DNA of 64,000 nt from Candidatus Gottesmanbacteria bacterium RIFCSPLOWO2_01_FULL_43_11b (lineage in GTDB: Bacteria; Patescibacteriota; Microgenomatia; UBA10105; UBA927), in assembly GCA_001780985.1 (NCBI GenBank), contig MFJV01000001.1:629466-693465 (forward strand), read 5' to 3'. Numbering within the stretch: position 1 is the first letter of the stretch; each line of letters starts with the position of its first letter. The notes beneath the pieces are model-generated. The model did no database searches. It was not told the origin of the DNA and was given only the letters and a program-made list of their open reading frames with translations. Shown one piece after another: positions 30,089 through 42,289 of the stretch. Made by a program: the position numbers and the translations under genes.

Positions 30089-30427
30089 ATGCAAATCGTA
30101 AAGAAGAATCAAGCAAATCAAGTCAATGCCTCTTTCTCTACAGCAATTTATGAATATCTCATGGACAATGAGGACATAAGTGGTGCTATTGCAGATATAA
30201 ACGGGAGATATCCGGAAAAAGGATTTGTGAGAAACGAAGTGTTTAAAGAGTTGGTGTATGTGCTTTCTGGAACAGGGAAAGTAGAAGTAGACGGAAAAGA
30301 ATTTCGATTCTCTCAAGGAGATACTCTCCTTATCCTTCCGGGCGAAAAGTACTTCTGGGAAGGAAATTTTCGTATATTTATGGCCACCGCACCCAAATTT
30401 GATCCAAATCGCCATAAAATAATATGA
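30089..30427 (+). CDS. Cupin-domain protein
   Basis: ELVYVLSGTG...GD.LLI.PGEK motif. Confidence 0.8.
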   Translation: MQIVKKNQANQVNASFSTAIYEYLMDNEDISGAIADINGRYPEKGFVRNEVFKELVYVLSGTGKVEVDGKEFRFSQGDTLLILPGEKYFWEGNFRIFMATAPKFDPNRHKII

Positions 30428-31386
30428 AATTATGGCTTGATAGACCGGATATCAAAGGGTCATTAAAAGACTTTCTTCGATTGGTTACAGAAGAATTTCA
30501 ACTAGGAACAATTCAAAAGTTTTCGAGATTCCCGATTGGTTATCAAGAGTTAAACATCAAACTGCATACATCGCAGGGAATCTTCGTCGTCAAAATTTTC
30601 TCCAGGGAAAAATCTTTATCCCGCGTGAAGGAAAATGTCGAAGGCTATATTGAATTTGCAAAACTTGGTGTTCCGACACCGAAACTTCGAGTGACTAAAG
30701 ATAATGAATATATTTTCCTTACAAAAGGAAAAACTCAAGAAGTCTACACCTGTGTCATGGAATTTTTTAAGGGTAAATCATTCCTTAAACTTCCGATTAA
30801 AAATCAAGATATTATGACAATTAGCCGCTTTATGGCACTCATGCATCGATCAGCACTTAAGCCTGCGCATTATAACGACACGTTGGGGATTGTAAATTTT
30901 AAAGACGTGTTCGATAAACAAGAAAATATATTGCCACAAGATGAAAGAAAAGAAATGAGACAAATTCTTGAAGAGTTCCAGGTAATTAATTTTTCAAAAT
31001 TTCATCACAGCGTTATTCATGGAACACTCGAACGAGAGAATGTTTTGAAGGATATGCATGGAAATTACTGTGTTCTCGATTTGGGGTGCATGGACTATAA
31101 TGCTTCTGTTATTGATACAGCGACATTTCTGGCAAATTTTACGATTGACATGGGTTTAGAAGAAACTGTGTTAGCTATTAAGGATGTAGTTGAAGAATAT
31201 AAAAAGTTTCATTATTTTTCTAGAGAGGAACAAAGAGTGTTGCCTGTTTTAGTCAAAACACAATACGCTATTCTGGTTATCGGAATGACGCATGCCATCA
31301 AAGCCGAGAATGATACGAGCAGGCAAACAAGAAATTGGTTAGAATTTGGTAAAGCCGGGTTAAAAAAATTTCAAAAGATACGTTAA
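30424..31386 (+). CDS. APH/homoserine kinase type II-like phosphotransferase
   Basis: VVKIF, IHGTL...NVL and VLDLG motifs. The usual HGD Asp is replaced by Thr. Confidence 0.75.
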   Translation: MKLWLDRPDIKGSLKDFLRLVTEEFQLGTIQKFSRFPIGYQELNIKLHTSQGIFVVKIFSREKSLSRVKENVEGYIEFAKLGVPTPKLRVTKDNEYIFLTKGKTQEVYTCVMEFFKGKSFLKLPIKNQDIMTISRFMALMHRSALKPAHYNDTLGIVNFKDVFDKQENILPQDERKEMRQILEEFQVINFSKFHHSVIHGTLERENVLKDMHGNYCVLDLGCMDYNASVIDTATFLANFTIDMGLEETVLAIKDVVEEYKKFHYFSREEQRVLPVLVKTQYAILVIGMTHAIKAENDTSRQTRNWLEFGKAGLKKFQKIR

Positions 31387-31407
31387 TTTTTGATATACTC
31401 TCAAACC

Positions 31408-31998
31408 ATGTTGCCCTCATATTTCGTAATTGCTGCAGTTATTATTGGATCGGTAGGCGGCTTGTGGTATCTCATTAGTACGATCAGAGGGAATGTCAAA
31501 CCGAATCGCGTTTCGTTTCTTCTCTGGTCAATTCCTCCGCTCATTGCCTTTGCAGCTGAAATTCAAAAGGGAGTAGGGATACAGTCGCTTATGACATTCA
31601 TTGTCGGATTTATTCCACTCATGATATTTTTAGCATCCTTTGTAAATAAAAAAGCAGAATGGAAATTAACGAAATTTGATTTTTTGTGCGGCGCATTTTC
31701 CTTACTTGGTCTTATTCTTTGGTTTGTAACAAAAGAAGGAAATATCGCAATTTTACTAAGCATAGCAGCAGATGGCTTGGCTGCGGTGCCCACGATAGTG
31801 AAAGCCTATCGTTATCCCGAAACAGAAATTGCCTGGCCGTGGCTCGCTGACTCAATAAATGGCTTGCTCACCCTTCTAACAGTTACAGATTGGACACTCG
31901 CGTATTACGGTTTTCCTTTATATGTTTTCTTCGCCAATCTTATTATTTATGTCTTTTCTCAGTTTAACATTGGGAAAAAGTTTGCTGCTTATGTCTAA
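31408..31998 (+). CDS. Polytopic membrane protein (PQ-loop/SWEET-like fold possible)
   Basis: KPNRVSF.LW and PTIVKAY..PETE motifs. ATG lies 8 nt after TATACT. Confidence 0.65.
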   Translation: MLPSYFVIAAVIIGSVGGLWYLISTIRGNVKPNRVSFLLWSIPPLIAFAAEIQKGVGIQSLMTFIVGFIPLMIFLASFVNKKAEWKLTKFDFLCGAFSLLGLILWFVTKEGNIAILLSIAADGLAAVPTIVKAYRYPETEIAWPWLADSINGLLTLLTVTDWTLAYYGFPLYVFFANLIIYVFSQFNIGKKFAAYV

Positions 31999-32317
31999 TA
32001 TAATTCTCGTTTATATAACCTGCGAAGACAGAGAGGAGGCGGAGAGGATTGGGAGAGAGCTTCTCAAAAAGCGACTGGTGGCATGTGTCAACATTATTAA
32101 TAATGTTCACTCGATGTATCTATGGCCGCCTAAGAAGGGAAGAATTGAAGAAGCAAATGAGGTAATACTCCTTTGTAAGACGCTTGAGTCAAAATGGAAG
32201 AAAGTCGAAAAAGAAGTTACTAAAATTCACTCCTACTCAACCCCCGAAATCGCTGCAATTCCTTTTATACACATGAATAAAAAATATTCCGATTGGCTCA
32301 AAGAAGAACTTATTTAA
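31991..32317 (+). CDS. cutA: Divalent-cation tolerance protein CutA
   Basis: LVACVNI, SMYLW and HSYSTPEI motifs. Confidence 0.9.
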   Translation: MSNIILVYITCEDREEAERIGRELLKKRLVACVNIINNVHSMYLWPPKKGRIEEANEVILLCKTLESKWKKVEKEVTKIHSYSTPEIAAIPFIHMNKKYSDWLKEELI

Positions 32318-32368
32318 TCCCCCTCGTAACGACAAATCTGCCTCCATTTGCTACAATAAGCCTCCGTT

Positions 32369-32605
32369 ATGCCAGAATCACCTGAAAGCAGACCGATGAC
32401 ATTTGGCGGAAAGACTATAGAAGTTAAGAAAGGTACGCGATTACACATTTTGGCTCACGGAGTATGTATATGAACAATAGGAAAAGTTACAACAATAAAT
32501 CCACTAAGTCTTATTTGTGAAATATGCAACAACAAGAGAGTCATTTATGATCCGAATCTTGCTCCTCCGGAACCACCCTTGACAAGGGGTAAAAGCGCGG
32601 TATAA
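32369..32605 (+). pseudogene. 78-codon ORF with in-frame TGA at 32471
   Basis: MPESPES...HGVCI*TIGKV...CEIC...KSAV*, with TGCTACAAT upstream. Confidence 0.45.
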
Positions 32606-32665
32606 TGGGTAGTAATTGAATAGCCAACAAAGGCGAACGTTCATTGTTCGCTTGTTTTTGTTGTT
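32579..32665 (+). promoter_or_regulatory. rpoB promoter and leader hairpin
   Basis: TTGACA-16-TATAAT (32579-606); hairpin AGGCGAAC/GTTCGCTT followed by a U-rich tract. Confidence 0.7.
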
Positions 32666-32686
32666 CACTAATTGAACTAATATCTG

Positions 32687-35600
32687 ATGGCAAAAGACGA
32701 TATCTCTCCCAAACGGCAGTACTGGGGTAAGGAGTATACGAATCTTCCACCCCTCGATCTTACCCTGGTACAGCGGGAATCGTACCAGTGGTTTTTGGAA
32801 ACCGGCATTCGTGAGCTTCTCAATGAAGTTTCTCCTATTTCAGACTTTACGGGCAAAAACTGGGAACTGTCATTTTTTGACTACTACTTCAGTCGTCCAA
32901 GATTGACACCTGCTCTTGCCAAGGAAAAAGGTTTGACCTACGACATGCCTCTTAAGGTGACAACCACGCTTACCAATAAACAGTCCGGTCACCGCATGAC
33001 ACAAGAGGTATTTTTAGGTGACATTCCGGCACAGACCCAGAACGGAACGTTTATTATTAACGGCATTGAGCGATGCGTCGTCAATCAAATTGTCCGCTCG
33101 CCAGGTATCTACTTTACAGGTTCTGTCGATCCTGTAACAGGAAGAACGCTGTATGGCGCTGAAATTCGACCAATGCACGGAAGTTGGCTGGAATTTATTG
33201 CCACACGAAATGATGTTTTGATGGTGCGGATTGACAGACGACGCAAGTTTGTTGCCTCAACACTCCTTCGTGCATTGGGCATAAGTACTAACGAAGAAAT
33301 TAAAAAGCAGTTTGCTGACGTTGAAACTCCAGACCACCGCTACATTGACGCAACCCTCGAAAAAGACCCTACCACAAATCAAACAGAAGCTGTCCTCGAA
33401 CTTTACAGAAAGCTTAGACCAGGAGAACCGATTGTTCTTGATAATGCTCAGGAACTTTTACGAACGATGTTTTTTGACTACAGACGGTACAGCATTGAGC
33501 GAGTCGGTCGGTATAAAATGAATAAAAAACTCGGACTTAACGTTGCCAATAATAGAGAGCACTGGGTATTGACGAAAGACGACGTTATAGGAGCGATAAA
33601 ATACCTTATCAGTTTAGGTAACGGAAAAGGTGATCTTGATGACATTGATCATCTAGGAAACCGTAGGGTTCGAAGAGTGGGCGAGTTGGTTGCAACGAGT
33701 GCATTTCGTGTCGGTCTTCTCCGACTCGAGCGATCAGTCCGTGAAAAAATGAGTCTTGCAGGTCCAGCGGCTGAAGATTTGACGCCGACACAGCTGGTTA
33801 ATGCCCGACCAATCATTGCAGCAATCAATGATTTTTTCCGAACAAGCCAACTTTCAACTATATTGGATCAAACCAATCCTTTGGCAGAAACAGATAATCT
33901 TAGAAGGCTCACTGTCATGGGTGTCGGCGGCATTTCCCGTGAGCGCGCGAGCTTTTCCATTCGTGACATTAACTCCAGTCAATACGGGAGAATTTGTCCT
34001 GTTCGAAGCCCGGAAGGACCTAATATAGGACTCGTTACCTACATGTCACTCTATGCTCGGGTCAATCAATATGGTTTTTTGGAAACACCATACCGAAAAG
34101 TGGAAAAAACAAGTCGTGGCGGAAAACCCGTCATGCGGGTTACCAATGAAATCGTATATCTGGATGCAAGCGACGAACAGCACCACTATATTACAGAGGC
34201 AGGGATAAATCTTGATGAAGCAGGAAATATTACAAGCGAGCGCGTACCGGTTCGATTTAAAGGTGACTTTCTCGAGACAGATGCGACGAATGTTGAGTAT
34301 ATAGACATGGTGCCGCGGCAAGTTGTGGGGGTTCCGGCAAGTCTTATTCCCTTTATTGCTCACGATGAGGCAAACCGTGCACTGATGGGTACACACATGC
34401 AGTGTCAAGCTGTACCTCTCTTGAGTCCCGAATCTCCCATTGTTGGGACAGGCATGGAGTCTTCCATTGCATCGACGATGGGAAGAGTCATACGCGTAAA
34501 AGAAGACGGAGTGGTTCAATTTGCAGATGCATCGACGGTTGTTTTCAAGGGAGAGAGCGGTGATGAAGATTCGTATGAAGTGGATAAATTTGAACGCACA
34601 GCACAGTCGACCTGTTATAACCAACGCGTGGTGGTATCGACCGGCCAGAAAGTTAGTAAAGGATCAATTCTCATTGATGGACCGGCAAGTTTGGATGGAG
34701 AGTTAGCTCTTGGAGCAAACCTCGTCATTGCGTACATGAGCTTTGACGGTTTGGGATACGAGGACGCCATTGTTATCTCCGATCGGTTGGTCAAAGAAGA
34801 TGTTTTGAGTTCCATTCACATCGAGGAATATGAGTGTAGTGTTGTTGATACAAAATTAGGCCCCGAAGAAACCACCCGGGATATTCCTAATGTTGGAGAA
34901 GAGGCGCTTCGTAACCTCGATGAAAACGGTATTGTTGTCGTCGGTGCACAGGTGCGTCAAAACGATATTTTAGTTGGAAAAATTGCTCCGAAAGGAGAAA
35001 CAGAACTCACTGCAGAAGAGCGACTTCTTCGGGCAATATTCGGTGAAAAAGCAAGAGAAGTACGTGATACGAGTTTACGCGTCCCTCATGGCGAGCGCGG
35101 GACGGTTATTGACGTAAAAATTCTTGATAAAGAAAAAGGCGATGAACTTGAACCGGGAACGAATAGAAAAATAGTAGTCAAAGTTGCGCAAATGCGTAAA
35201 GTTGTTGCGGGTGATAAACTCGCCGGCCGTCATGGCAACAAAGGAGTCATCAGTAAAATAGTTCCTGCTGCTGACATGCCGTATCTTTCTGACGGGACGA
35301 TTGTTGATATTATTATTTCTCCGCTTTCCGTACTTTCCCGTATGAATCTTGGGCAACTTCTGGAATCGCTTCTTGGGTTAGCGTCGAAAAATCTCAAAGT
35401 TAAAACAGCGCTCCCGGTATTTGAGCACGTTCCCGAAAAAAGAATTGTTTCCCTCCTCTCAGACGCTCATCTTCCCGCAGACGGAAAAGCAATGCTCTTT
35501 GATGGACGATCGGGAAGTCCATATGAGGAACCAGTTGTTGTAGGTATTGGGTACATTATGAAGCTTATCCACATGGTGGAAGACAAAACACACGCTCGTT

Positions 35601-36013
35601 CTACCGGACCATACTCACTCGTTACACAGCAACCGCTTGGAGGAAAAGCACAAATGGGAGGACAACGTTTGGGAGAAATGGAAGTGTGGGCGTTGGAAGC
35701 GCATCGGGCTGCTCATATTTTGCAGGAAATGTTGACGATTAAATCAGACGACGTTGTCGGACGCGCAAAAGCATTCGAGGCAATCGTAAAGGGCACTGAT
35801 ATTCCTCAGTCAACGGTTCCTGAATCATTTAAAGTGCTGGTCAAGGAACTCCAGGCATTGGGACTTTCCGTTGTTCCCACAGGAGTTGTTACTGTCGCTC
35901 CCCCTCCCCCAAGCGCACAGGTTGTACAAGGGGAAGATGACATTAAAAAGAAAGCTGAAGAACTCGCAGCAGCAAGTGGTCAAGTAGTGAAATCGGAAGA
36001 AAAAGCCAATTAA
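32687..36013 (+). CDS. rpoB: RNA polymerase beta subunit
   Basis: [12 protein letters not shown] and GGQRLGEME motifs. Confidence 0.99.
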   Translation: MAKDDISPKRQYWGKEYTNLPPLDLTLVQRESYQWFLETGIRELLNEVSPISDFTGKNWELSFFDYYFSRPRLTPALAKEKGLTYDMPLKVTTTLTNKQSGHRMTQEVFLGDIPAQTQNGTFIINGIERCVVNQIVRSPGIYFTGSVDPVTGRTLYGAEIRPMHGSWLEFIATRNDVLMVRIDRRRKFVASTLLRALGISTNEEIKKQFADVETPDHRYIDATLEKDPTTNQTEAVLELYRKLRPGEPIVLDNAQELLRTMFFDYRRYSIERVGRYKMNKKLGLNVANNREHWVLTKDDVIGAIKYLISLGNGKGDLDDIDHLGNRRVRRVGELVATSAFRVGLLRLERSVREKMSLAGPAAEDLTPTQLVNARPIIAAINDFFRTSQLSTILDQTNPLAETDNLRRLTVMGVGGISRERASFSIRDINSSQYGRICPVRSPEGPNIGLVTYMSLYARVNQYGFLETPYRKVEKTSRGGKPVMRVTNEIVYLDASDEQHHYITEAGINLDEAGNITSERVPVRFKGDFLETDATNVEYIDMVPRQVVGVPASLIPFIAHDEANRALMGTHMQCQAVPLLSPESPIVGTGMESSIASTMGRVIRVKEDGVVQFADASTVVFKGESGDEDSYEVDKFERTAQSTCYNQRVVVSTGQKVSKGSILIDGPASLDGELALGANLVIAYMSFDGLGYEDAIVISDRLVKEDVLSSIHIEEYECSVVDTKLGPEETTRDIPNVGEEALRNLDENGIVVVGAQVRQNDILVGKIAPKGETELTAEERLLRAIFGEKAREVRDTSLRVPHGERGTVIDVKILDKEKGDELEPGTNRKIVVKVAQMRKVVAGDKLAGRHGNKGVISKIVPAADMPYLSDGTIVDIIISPLSVLSRMNLGQLLESLLGLASKNLKVKTALPVFEHVPEKRIVSLLSDAHLPADGKAMLFDGRSGSPYEEPVVVGIGYIMKLIHMVEDKTHARSTGPYSLVTQQPLGGKAQMGGQRLGEMEVWALEAHRAAHILQEMLTIKSDDVVGRAKAFEAIVKGTDIPQSTVPESFKVLVKELQALGLSVVPTGVVTVAPPPPSAQVVQGEDDIKKKAEELAAASGQVVKSEEKAN

Positions 36014-36024
36014 TATATATTTAT

Positions 36025-39000
36025 ATGGATAAAAAAGGAAATTTTGCAAACATAGTCGATTTTTCAGGTCTTAAAATTACCCTCGCTTCGCCCGAAGAGG
36101 TTAAGGTGTGGTCGTTTGGTGAGGTAACCAAGCCGGAAACGATTAATTACAGAACGCTTAAACCGGAAAAAGACGGGCTTTTCGATGAACGGATTTTTGG
36201 ACCGACGAAGGATTGGGAGTGTTACTGCGGAAAATACAAAAGGATCAGATATCGTGGTATCGTCTGTGATAAATGTGGCGTAGAAGTGACACAAAGCAAA
36301 GTTCGCCGTGAGCGGATGGGACATATTTCCCTTGCAACCCCCGTTGCTCATGTGTGGTTTTTCAAGGGTGCGCCGTCGAAGATTTCTCTCATGCTCGATA
36401 TGAGTCCACGCTCTCTTGAGGAAGTAATTTACTTTTCTCAATACCTTGTCACCAATGTCGATGAAGTGAAAAAGAAAGCAGTGTTAGCTGAGATTGCCAA
36501 CGAGGGAAAGCGAAGAGTCGGGGAACTTGAAGAGCGGACCAAGGGAGAGAAAGAAACGAGACAGAAGCAAACGAAAGACGAGGTTGCCGATGTCAGAAGT
36601 CGTGTGAAAGGGCCGGAAGCACAGGAGCTTGCTATTTCAGAAATTACTCTCAAAGAGCGACAACAACTTCGCGAGATCGATAAAGAAACAGATCAAGAGA
36701 GAGAAAAAATTACTGAAATTATTGACTCTCTCCTCACCATTGTCAAAGGGATTCGACCTCTTTCGACCATTACCGAAGATGAGTACCTTAGGCTTCTTGA
36801 TTACAACGCCACCTCATGTTTCTCCGTGGGTATGGGAGCAGAGGCTTTGGTTGACGTCATTAAAAATATTGACCTTGATAAAGTTGCCGCAACTCTTCGG
36901 GAAGAAATTCAAAACTCTACGGGACAGCGACACATCAAAGCAACGAAACGACTTCGTGTGGTCGACGGAATGCGAAAAGCAGGTATCAACCCTTCATGGA
37001 TGATATTGAAAATGTTACCGGTAATACCTCCGGATTTGCGTCCAATGGTGCAGCTCACCGGCGGCCGGTTTGCAACCAGCGACTTAAATGATCTCTATCG
37101 AAGAGTCATAAATCGCAACAACAGATTAAAGCATCTCATGGACTTGGGTGCTCCGGAGATAATTCTGCGGAACGAAAAGAGGATGCTTCAAGAAGCAGTC
37201 GACAGTCTCATTGATGCAACGCAACGTCCCAGCTCTCGGGCAGTCATTGCACCACTTCGTTCACTTTCAGACATGCTTCGCGGCAAACAAGGCCGATTCC
37301 GTCAAAACTTATTGGGGAAGCGTGTTGACTACTCGGGTCGATCCGTTATTGTTGTCGGTCCGGAGCTCAAACTTACTCAATGCGGACTGCCGAAAGAAAT
37401 GGCCTTGGAAATGTTTAAACCGTTTGTGCTTCGTGAGCTCATTGTTCGTGGCATTGCTCCCAACGTGAAGAATGCCAAAAATGTTTTGGAGCGGAGAACG
37501 CCGGAGGTATTCGACATTCTTGAGGAAATTACGAAAAACCATCCGGTTCTTCTCAATCGTGCTCCCACACTTCATAAGTTAGGTATTCAAGCATTTTTCC
37601 CGATACTTATTGAAGGGTCTGCGATCCGTATTCATCCGTGTGTCTGTGCCGGATACAACGCTGATTTTGATGGAGATCAGATGGCAGTCCATATTCCGCT
37701 TTCAGAAAAAGCACAGCAAGAAGCGATACACTTGATGCTACCGACACACAATCTTCTTAAACCTGCTGACGCATCGCCGATTACAGTGCCAAACAAGGAA
37801 ATGGTTCTTGGTTGCTACTATCTCACTACCATTGAAAAAGAAACAAGCAAGTCTCCACGTAAATTAATATTTAGTGATAACCATGAAGCAATCTATGCAT
37901 ATCAGGTGGGACAACTATCTCTTCGAGTGCCCATCGAGGTTTCAATTGATGGCAAGCGCATAACGACATCAGTCGGAAGAATTCTCTTTAATGAAATTCT
38001 TCCTGCCGAGCTTCAGTTCATGAATACCTCAGTAAACGCCGCAATGGTCAAATCGATTATCACCAAAGCTCTTTCTCACTACAGCAAAGAAGAGGTAACA
38101 AGATTGATTGACGCGATAAAAGATATTGGATTTTTCGGGGCAACTATTTCAGGAGGATTGTCTGTTTCTGTATTTGACTGTGAAATGATTCCTCAAAAAG
38201 CGAGCATCATTAACGAAGCGAGCGATAAAGTTAAAGAGGTGGATAGAAACTATCAACAAGGACTTATCACACTGGAAGAGAAGAAACGATTGTCCAATGA
38301 AATTTGGATTGAGGTAACAGAACGAATTGCTGATTTAACCTGGCAGCACATGCCGGAAGATAATCCAGTCAAAATGATTATTGACTCCGGTGGGGCGCGG
38401 GCATCAAAAGATCAACTGAAACAGCTTTCTGCAATAAAAGGTTTGGTTGTTGACCCGTTGGGTAAGATCGTTGAGCTTCCGACCAAGAGCAATTATAGAG
38501 AAGGACTTTCTATTTTTGAATACGTTACGTCTACCCGAGGGTCACGTAAAGGGCTTACTGACTCTGCTCTCAAAACTGCCGATGCAGGGTACCTTACCCG
38601 AAGGTTAGTTGATGTTGCTCATGATGCCATTATCCGCATCAGTGATTGCGGAACGAGTGAGGGGTGGGAAATTCGAAAGAGCGAGAAGAGGCAAGCCCAG
38701 TTTGCCATCCGTATCATCGGTCGCTTTGCTGCATCTGACATTGTGGCACCGCAAAGTTCGAAGGTTTTAATTAAGAAAGGTGAGGAAATTACCCGCGAAA
38801 ACGTCAAACTTATTGAAGAGCACGGTGTTGAAAGTGCCGTGGTTCGATCGCCGCTTACCTGTGGCGCAAAAGTTGGGATCTGTGCTACCTGCTACGGAAG
38901 AGACTTTGCGACAAGTGAGCTTGTTGAAATTGGCACACCCGTTGGTGTGATCGCAGCGCAATCCATAGGGGAGCCCGGAACGCAGCTTACCATGCGGGTA

Positions 39001-39741
39001 CGCCACGCAGGAGGTATTGTTGGATTAGACGTTACTCAAGGACTTCCGCGCGTAGAAGAACTCTTCGAGGCGCGAACCCCCCGGATTCTTTCGCCTATTT
39101 CGGAAGTAGCGGGAAAAGTAGAAATCATTGAAACGGAGCAAGGACATAAAGTGCGTGTCAGAAATACAGCACTCAAACCGCCAGAAGAACGAGAATATAT
39201 CATTCCGATAACCAGTGAAGTGCGCGTGAAAGAGGGAGGTCTTGTTGCAGCCGGAGATCAGCTTGCCACCGGCTATTTAGACCTCAAAGAAGTACTCCAA
39301 GTCAAGGGATTATCCGGTGCACAGCAATATTTGATTGCAGAGATTCAGCGCGTTTATGAATCGCAGGGTATTCAGATTTCTGATAAGCATTTTGAAGTTA
39401 TCGTACGCAAAATGAGTGACAAAGCCCGTGTGGATACAAGTGGTGATACGATGCTTCTTCCCGGGGAACTGGTCAGTCACAGCCGATTCCAGGAAGAAAA
39501 TGCACGGGTACTTTCAGAGGGTGGAGAACCGGCGACAGGACAAATTATTGTGCTTGGTATTACCCGGGCAGCGCTTTATACAGAAAGCTGGCTCTCTGCC
39601 GCATCTTTCCAGGAGACAACGAATGTATTAACAGATGCAGCGCTTGCTGGCAAGGAAGATCATTTGCTGGGGCTTAAAGAAAACGTTATAATTGGCCGAC
39701 TTATTCCAGTTTCTGCTGAAAGAGCGCAGATTGCAAGTTAA
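36025..39741 (+). CDS. rpoC: RNA polymerase beta' subunit
   Basis: NADFDGD motif; N-terminal coiled-coil insertion. Confidence 0.99.
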   Translation: MDKKGNFANIVDFSGLKITLASPEEVKVWSFGEVTKPETINYRTLKPEKDGLFDERIFGPTKDWECYCGKYKRIRYRGIVCDKCGVEVTQSKVRRERMGHISLATPVAHVWFFKGAPSKISLMLDMSPRSLEEVIYFSQYLVTNVDEVKKKAVLAEIANEGKRRVGELEERTKGEKETRQKQTKDEVADVRSRVKGPEAQELAISEITLKERQQLREIDKETDQEREKITEIIDSLLTIVKGIRPLSTITEDEYLRLLDYNATSCFSVGMGAEALVDVIKNIDLDKVAATLREEIQNSTGQRHIKATKRLRVVDGMRKAGINPSWMILKMLPVIPPDLRPMVQLTGGRFATSDLNDLYRRVINRNNRLKHLMDLGAPEIILRNEKRMLQEAVDSLIDATQRPSSRAVIAPLRSLSDMLRGKQGRFRQNLLGKRVDYSGRSVIVVGPELKLTQCGLPKEMALEMFKPFVLRELIVRGIAPNVKNAKNVLERRTPEVFDILEEITKNHPVLLNRAPTLHKLGIQAFFPILIEGSAIRIHPCVCAGYNADFDGDQMAVHIPLSEKAQQEAIHLMLPTHNLLKPADASPITVPNKEMVLGCYYLTTIEKETSKSPRKLIFSDNHEAIYAYQVGQLSLRVPIEVSIDGKRITTSVGRILFNEILPAELQFMNTSVNAAMVKSIITKALSHYSKEEVTRLIDAIKDIGFFGATISGGLSVSVFDCEMIPQKASIINEASDKVKEVDRNYQQGLITLEEKKRLSNEIWIEVTERIADLTWQHMPEDNPVKMIIDSGGARASKDQLKQLSAIKGLVVDPLGKIVELPTKSNYREGLSIFEYVTSTRGSRKGLTDSALKTADAGYLTRRLVDVAHDAIIRISDCGTSEGWEIRKSEKRQAQFAIRIIGRFAASDIVAPQSSKVLIKKGEEITRENVKLIEEHGVESAVVRSPLTCGAKVGICATCYGRDFATSELVEIGTPVGVIAAQSIGEPGTQLTMRVRHAGGIVGLDVTQGLPRVEELFEARTPRILSPISEVAGKVEIIETEQGHKVRVRNTALKPPEEREYIIPITSEVRVKEGGLVAAGDQLATGYLDLKEVLQVKGLSGAQQYLIAEIQRVYESQGIQISDKHFEVIVRKMSDKARVDTSGDTMLLPGELVSHSRFQEENARVLSEGGEPATGQIIVLGITRAALYTESWLSAASFQETTNVLTDAALAGKEDHLLGLKENVIIGRLIPVSAERAQIAS

Positions 39742-39747
39742 GTATAT

Positions 39748-40185
39748 ATGCCTACTATTAATCAATTGATCCGAAGGGGTCGAAGATCAAAAAGCAAAAA
39801 AATAAAAGCCACTGCACTGAGGAAATTTTTTAATGCAAAAGACAGGCAAATGAAACAGTTGCCAGCCCCGTTTAAACGGGGAGTTGTTACGCTCGTTAAA
39901 ACAATGACACCCAAAAAACCAAACTCGGCACTCCGTAAAGTTGCCCGTGTTAGGTTATCCAATAAACAAGAAGTGACAGCCTACATTCCCGGTATCGGGC
40001 ATGAACTTACCGAACACGCAATTGTACTTGTACGTGGCGGAAGAGTACCGGATTTACCTGGAGTCAAATACCATATTGTTCGGGGTAAATACGATATGTC
40101 CGGAGTTGCCAACAGGAAACAGGGAAGAAGCCGCTATGGAAGTAAAGCAGGAGCTTCAGGTCCTGCTGTTGCCGCCGCAAGTTAA
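39748..40185 (+). CDS. rpsL: 30S ribosomal protein S12
   Basis: [11 protein letters not shown] and DLPGV motifs. Confidence 0.98.
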   Translation: MPTINQLIRRGRRSKSKKIKATALRKFFNAKDRQMKQLPAPFKRGVVTLVKTMTPKKPNSALRKVARVRLSNKQEVTAYIPGIGHELTEHAIVLVRGGRVPDLPGVKYHIVRGKYDMSGVANRKQGRSRYGSKAGASGPAVAAAS

Positions 40186-40192
40186 TACACCT

Positions 40193-40666
40193 ATGAGAGC
40201 AAAACGCGTTACTAAAAAAATTCTTGCCCCCGACCCGGTACATGGGAACCGGCTTGTGACAAGACTGGTTAATCGGGTTATGCAGCGCGGTAAAAAGAGT
40301 ACGGCAGAAAAAATAATATATAAAGCATTAGACATCGTAAAGGCAAAAGGTGAAGATCCGATAAAAGTATTTGAAACTGCCGTTGCCAATGTCGGACCGA
40401 AAATGGAAGTACGCCCAAGACGTGTGGGAGGAGCTTCGTATCAAGTTCCTTCAGAAGTTCGGGGAGACAGACGCATTTCACTGGCACTTCGTTGGATTGT
40501 TCAATACGCTCAAAAACGCTCCAGTAAAGAGTACAAAGGATATGCTGAAAAATTGGCAGCAGAACTTACCGATGCTGCAGCAGGAGCGGGGGAATCAATT
40601 AAAAAACGCGATACAGTTCATCGTATGGCAGAAGCCAACCGCGCCTTCGCCCACTTCAAGTGGTAA
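40193..40666 (+). CDS. rpsG: 30S ribosomal protein S7
   Basis: RRVGGASYQVP and HRMAEANRAFAHF motifs. Confidence 0.98.
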   Translation: MRAKRVTKKILAPDPVHGNRLVTRLVNRVMQRGKKSTAEKIIYKALDIVKAKGEDPIKVFETAVANVGPKMEVRPRRVGGASYQVPSEVRGDRRISLALRWIVQYAQKRSSKEYKGYAEKLAAELTDAAAGAGESIKKRDTVHRMAEANRAFAHFKW

Positions 40667-40668
40667 AT

Positions 40669-40836
40669 ATGGTTGCAGCTCAAGAAAAGAAAGTGCATTT
40701 AATTTCCTGTCCATATGGCTGCGGCGCTCAATTTCCAATAGATAAAAAAAGTTTAGATGATCACATTAAAATTTGCCCCAAAGCTCCAAAAACCGGAGAA
40801 ACGCGTTCACCTCAAGTTTCCAAACGAAAGACCTAA
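40669..40836 (+). CDS. 55-aa C2HC/TRAF-like zinc-finger microprotein
   Basis: Translated by hand: MVAAQEKKVHLISCPYGCGAQFPIDKKSLDDHIKICPKAPKTGETRSPQVSKRKT. ATG is 2 nt after the rpsG stop. Confidence 0.65.
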   Translation: MVAAQEKKVHLISCPYGCGAQFPIDKKSLDDHIKICPKAPKTGETRSPQVSKRKT

Positions 40837-40897
40837 ACGGCATGGGAAATGCGCGGGTTTTCCCAAAACGCTTATATCAGCATGTTACCATGTTAAT

Positions 40898-41974
40898 ATG
40901 AAGTTAAAGCTTTTCTTGATCGTATTTTTTGGAATTTTGGTTGTTCTGGGTTGGCGGTTTTGGTATCAGAATCTTCGCGGCGTGAAACCTGCGGTTGGTC
41001 CTGTGTTGCAAAATTCAACAGGATTACCATTAACAATTCTGGAAGGATATTCAATTTCGGTATTTGCCCAAAATATTCCCAATGCACGGGTGCTTACTTG
41101 GGACCCTACGAGGAGACTCCTCGTAAGTAGCCCTGCAACAGGGAAAGTATTTCGTATTGCAGATGACGGATCTTCATCGGTTGTTATTGAGGGATTAAAT
41201 AAGCCTCACGGGTTAGCATTCAAAGACGGAAAATTATACATTGCGGAAACAGATGCGGTCGCCGTATACGATTACGACGGAAAAGCATCGAACAGAAAAA
41301 AGATTACAGATTTACCTAGCGGGGGTAATCATTTTTCAAGAACTATTGGTTTCGGTCCTGATGGCAAATTAAATATATCCATTGGGTCGTCATGTAATGT
41401 CTGTGTAGAAAAAGATACAAGACGAGCAAGCATTATGGTGTATGATGGTGAACTCAAACCGTTTGCAACAGGCCTTCGAAATTCCGTATTTTTTACATGG
41501 AGAAACGGAGAAATGTGGGCAACCGATATGGGTCGCGATTTAATCGGTGATAATACTCCCCCTGAGGAGGTTAATATTGTTAAAAGCGGAAAAAATTACG
41601 GATGGCCGTATTGTTATGGAAATCGAATTGCCGATACGACATTTGGCGGGACTGATGATTTTTGCAAAACTACGGAGCCACCGATCATAGAATATCAAGC
41701 ACACTCAGCGCCGTTAGGTTTGGCATTTGATAAAGACTATCTTTATGTTTCCTATCACGGTTCATGGAATAGAACCGAGCCTACAGGATATAAAATCGTA
41801 CGCTTTGATTTAAACAACAATTACAAAGCATCAGATTTTATTACCGGTTGGTTGCAGAGTCCGTCAGCTGACGGAGCCCTCGGCCGCCCAGTAGATTTAC
41901 TCTTCGACGACAAAGGAAATTTATTTGTATCCGATGACAAAGCAGGGGTAATTTATAAAGTTACGAGGAATTAA
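40898..41974 (+). CDS. PQQ-dependent sugar (sorbosone) dehydrogenase-family beta-propeller protein
   Basis: GSSCNVC, GLRN, YGWPYC, HSAPLGL, HGSWNR and GRPVD motifs. Confidence 0.88.
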   Translation: MKLKLFLIVFFGILVVLGWRFWYQNLRGVKPAVGPVLQNSTGLPLTILEGYSISVFAQNIPNARVLTWDPTRRLLVSSPATGKVFRIADDGSSSVVIEGLNKPHGLAFKDGKLYIAETDAVAVYDYDGKASNRKKITDLPSGGNHFSRTIGFGPDGKLNISIGSSCNVCVEKDTRRASIMVYDGELKPFATGLRNSVFFTWRNGEMWATDMGRDLIGDNTPPEEVNIVKSGKNYGWPYCYGNRIADTTFGGTDDFCKTTEPPIIEYQAHSAPLGLAFDKDYLYVSYHGSWNRTEPTGYKIVRFDLNNNYKASDFITGWLQSPSADGALGRPVDLLFDDKGNLFVSDDKAGVIYKVTRN

Positions 41975-42209
41975 GATTTCACTCTCGGTTTGAACAAGTT
42001 GATAAACGCCTTCCCTGTTATTACACTTTTAGCAATCTCTCGTGTTTCTTTTCTTGCAAATACTGTGCCCATTCCGATAACCTCGTCAAACCCGGCAGCG
42101 GGTAAATTGTTTTGTGTCAGATGTAGGATCGTGCTAACAACAACGCCGATTAGAATACCTTCTTGATAAACCTAAAGGAGGAATCTTTTGCATCTCCAAT
42201 TTATTCACG
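41971..42209 (-). pseudogene. Possible frameshifted small gene
   Basis: TATACT-6-GTG start; a protein-like open frame (YQEGILIGVVV...VKS*) lies in a different frame from the start. Confidence 0.3.
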
Positions 42210-42228
42210 GAGGTAGTATAATACGAAA

Positions 42229-42264
42229 TTATCCAAATGTAAAGGCGTACAGTTCGACGTTATC
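42229..42264 (-). repeat. Duplicated 3' end of the dipZ-like gene (DNVELYAFTFG*)
   Basis: 30/36 identical to 42657-42692; all six differences are at third codon positions. Confidence 0.9.
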
Positions 42265-42289
42265 GTTTTAATTTTTGTAATGATCAAAT

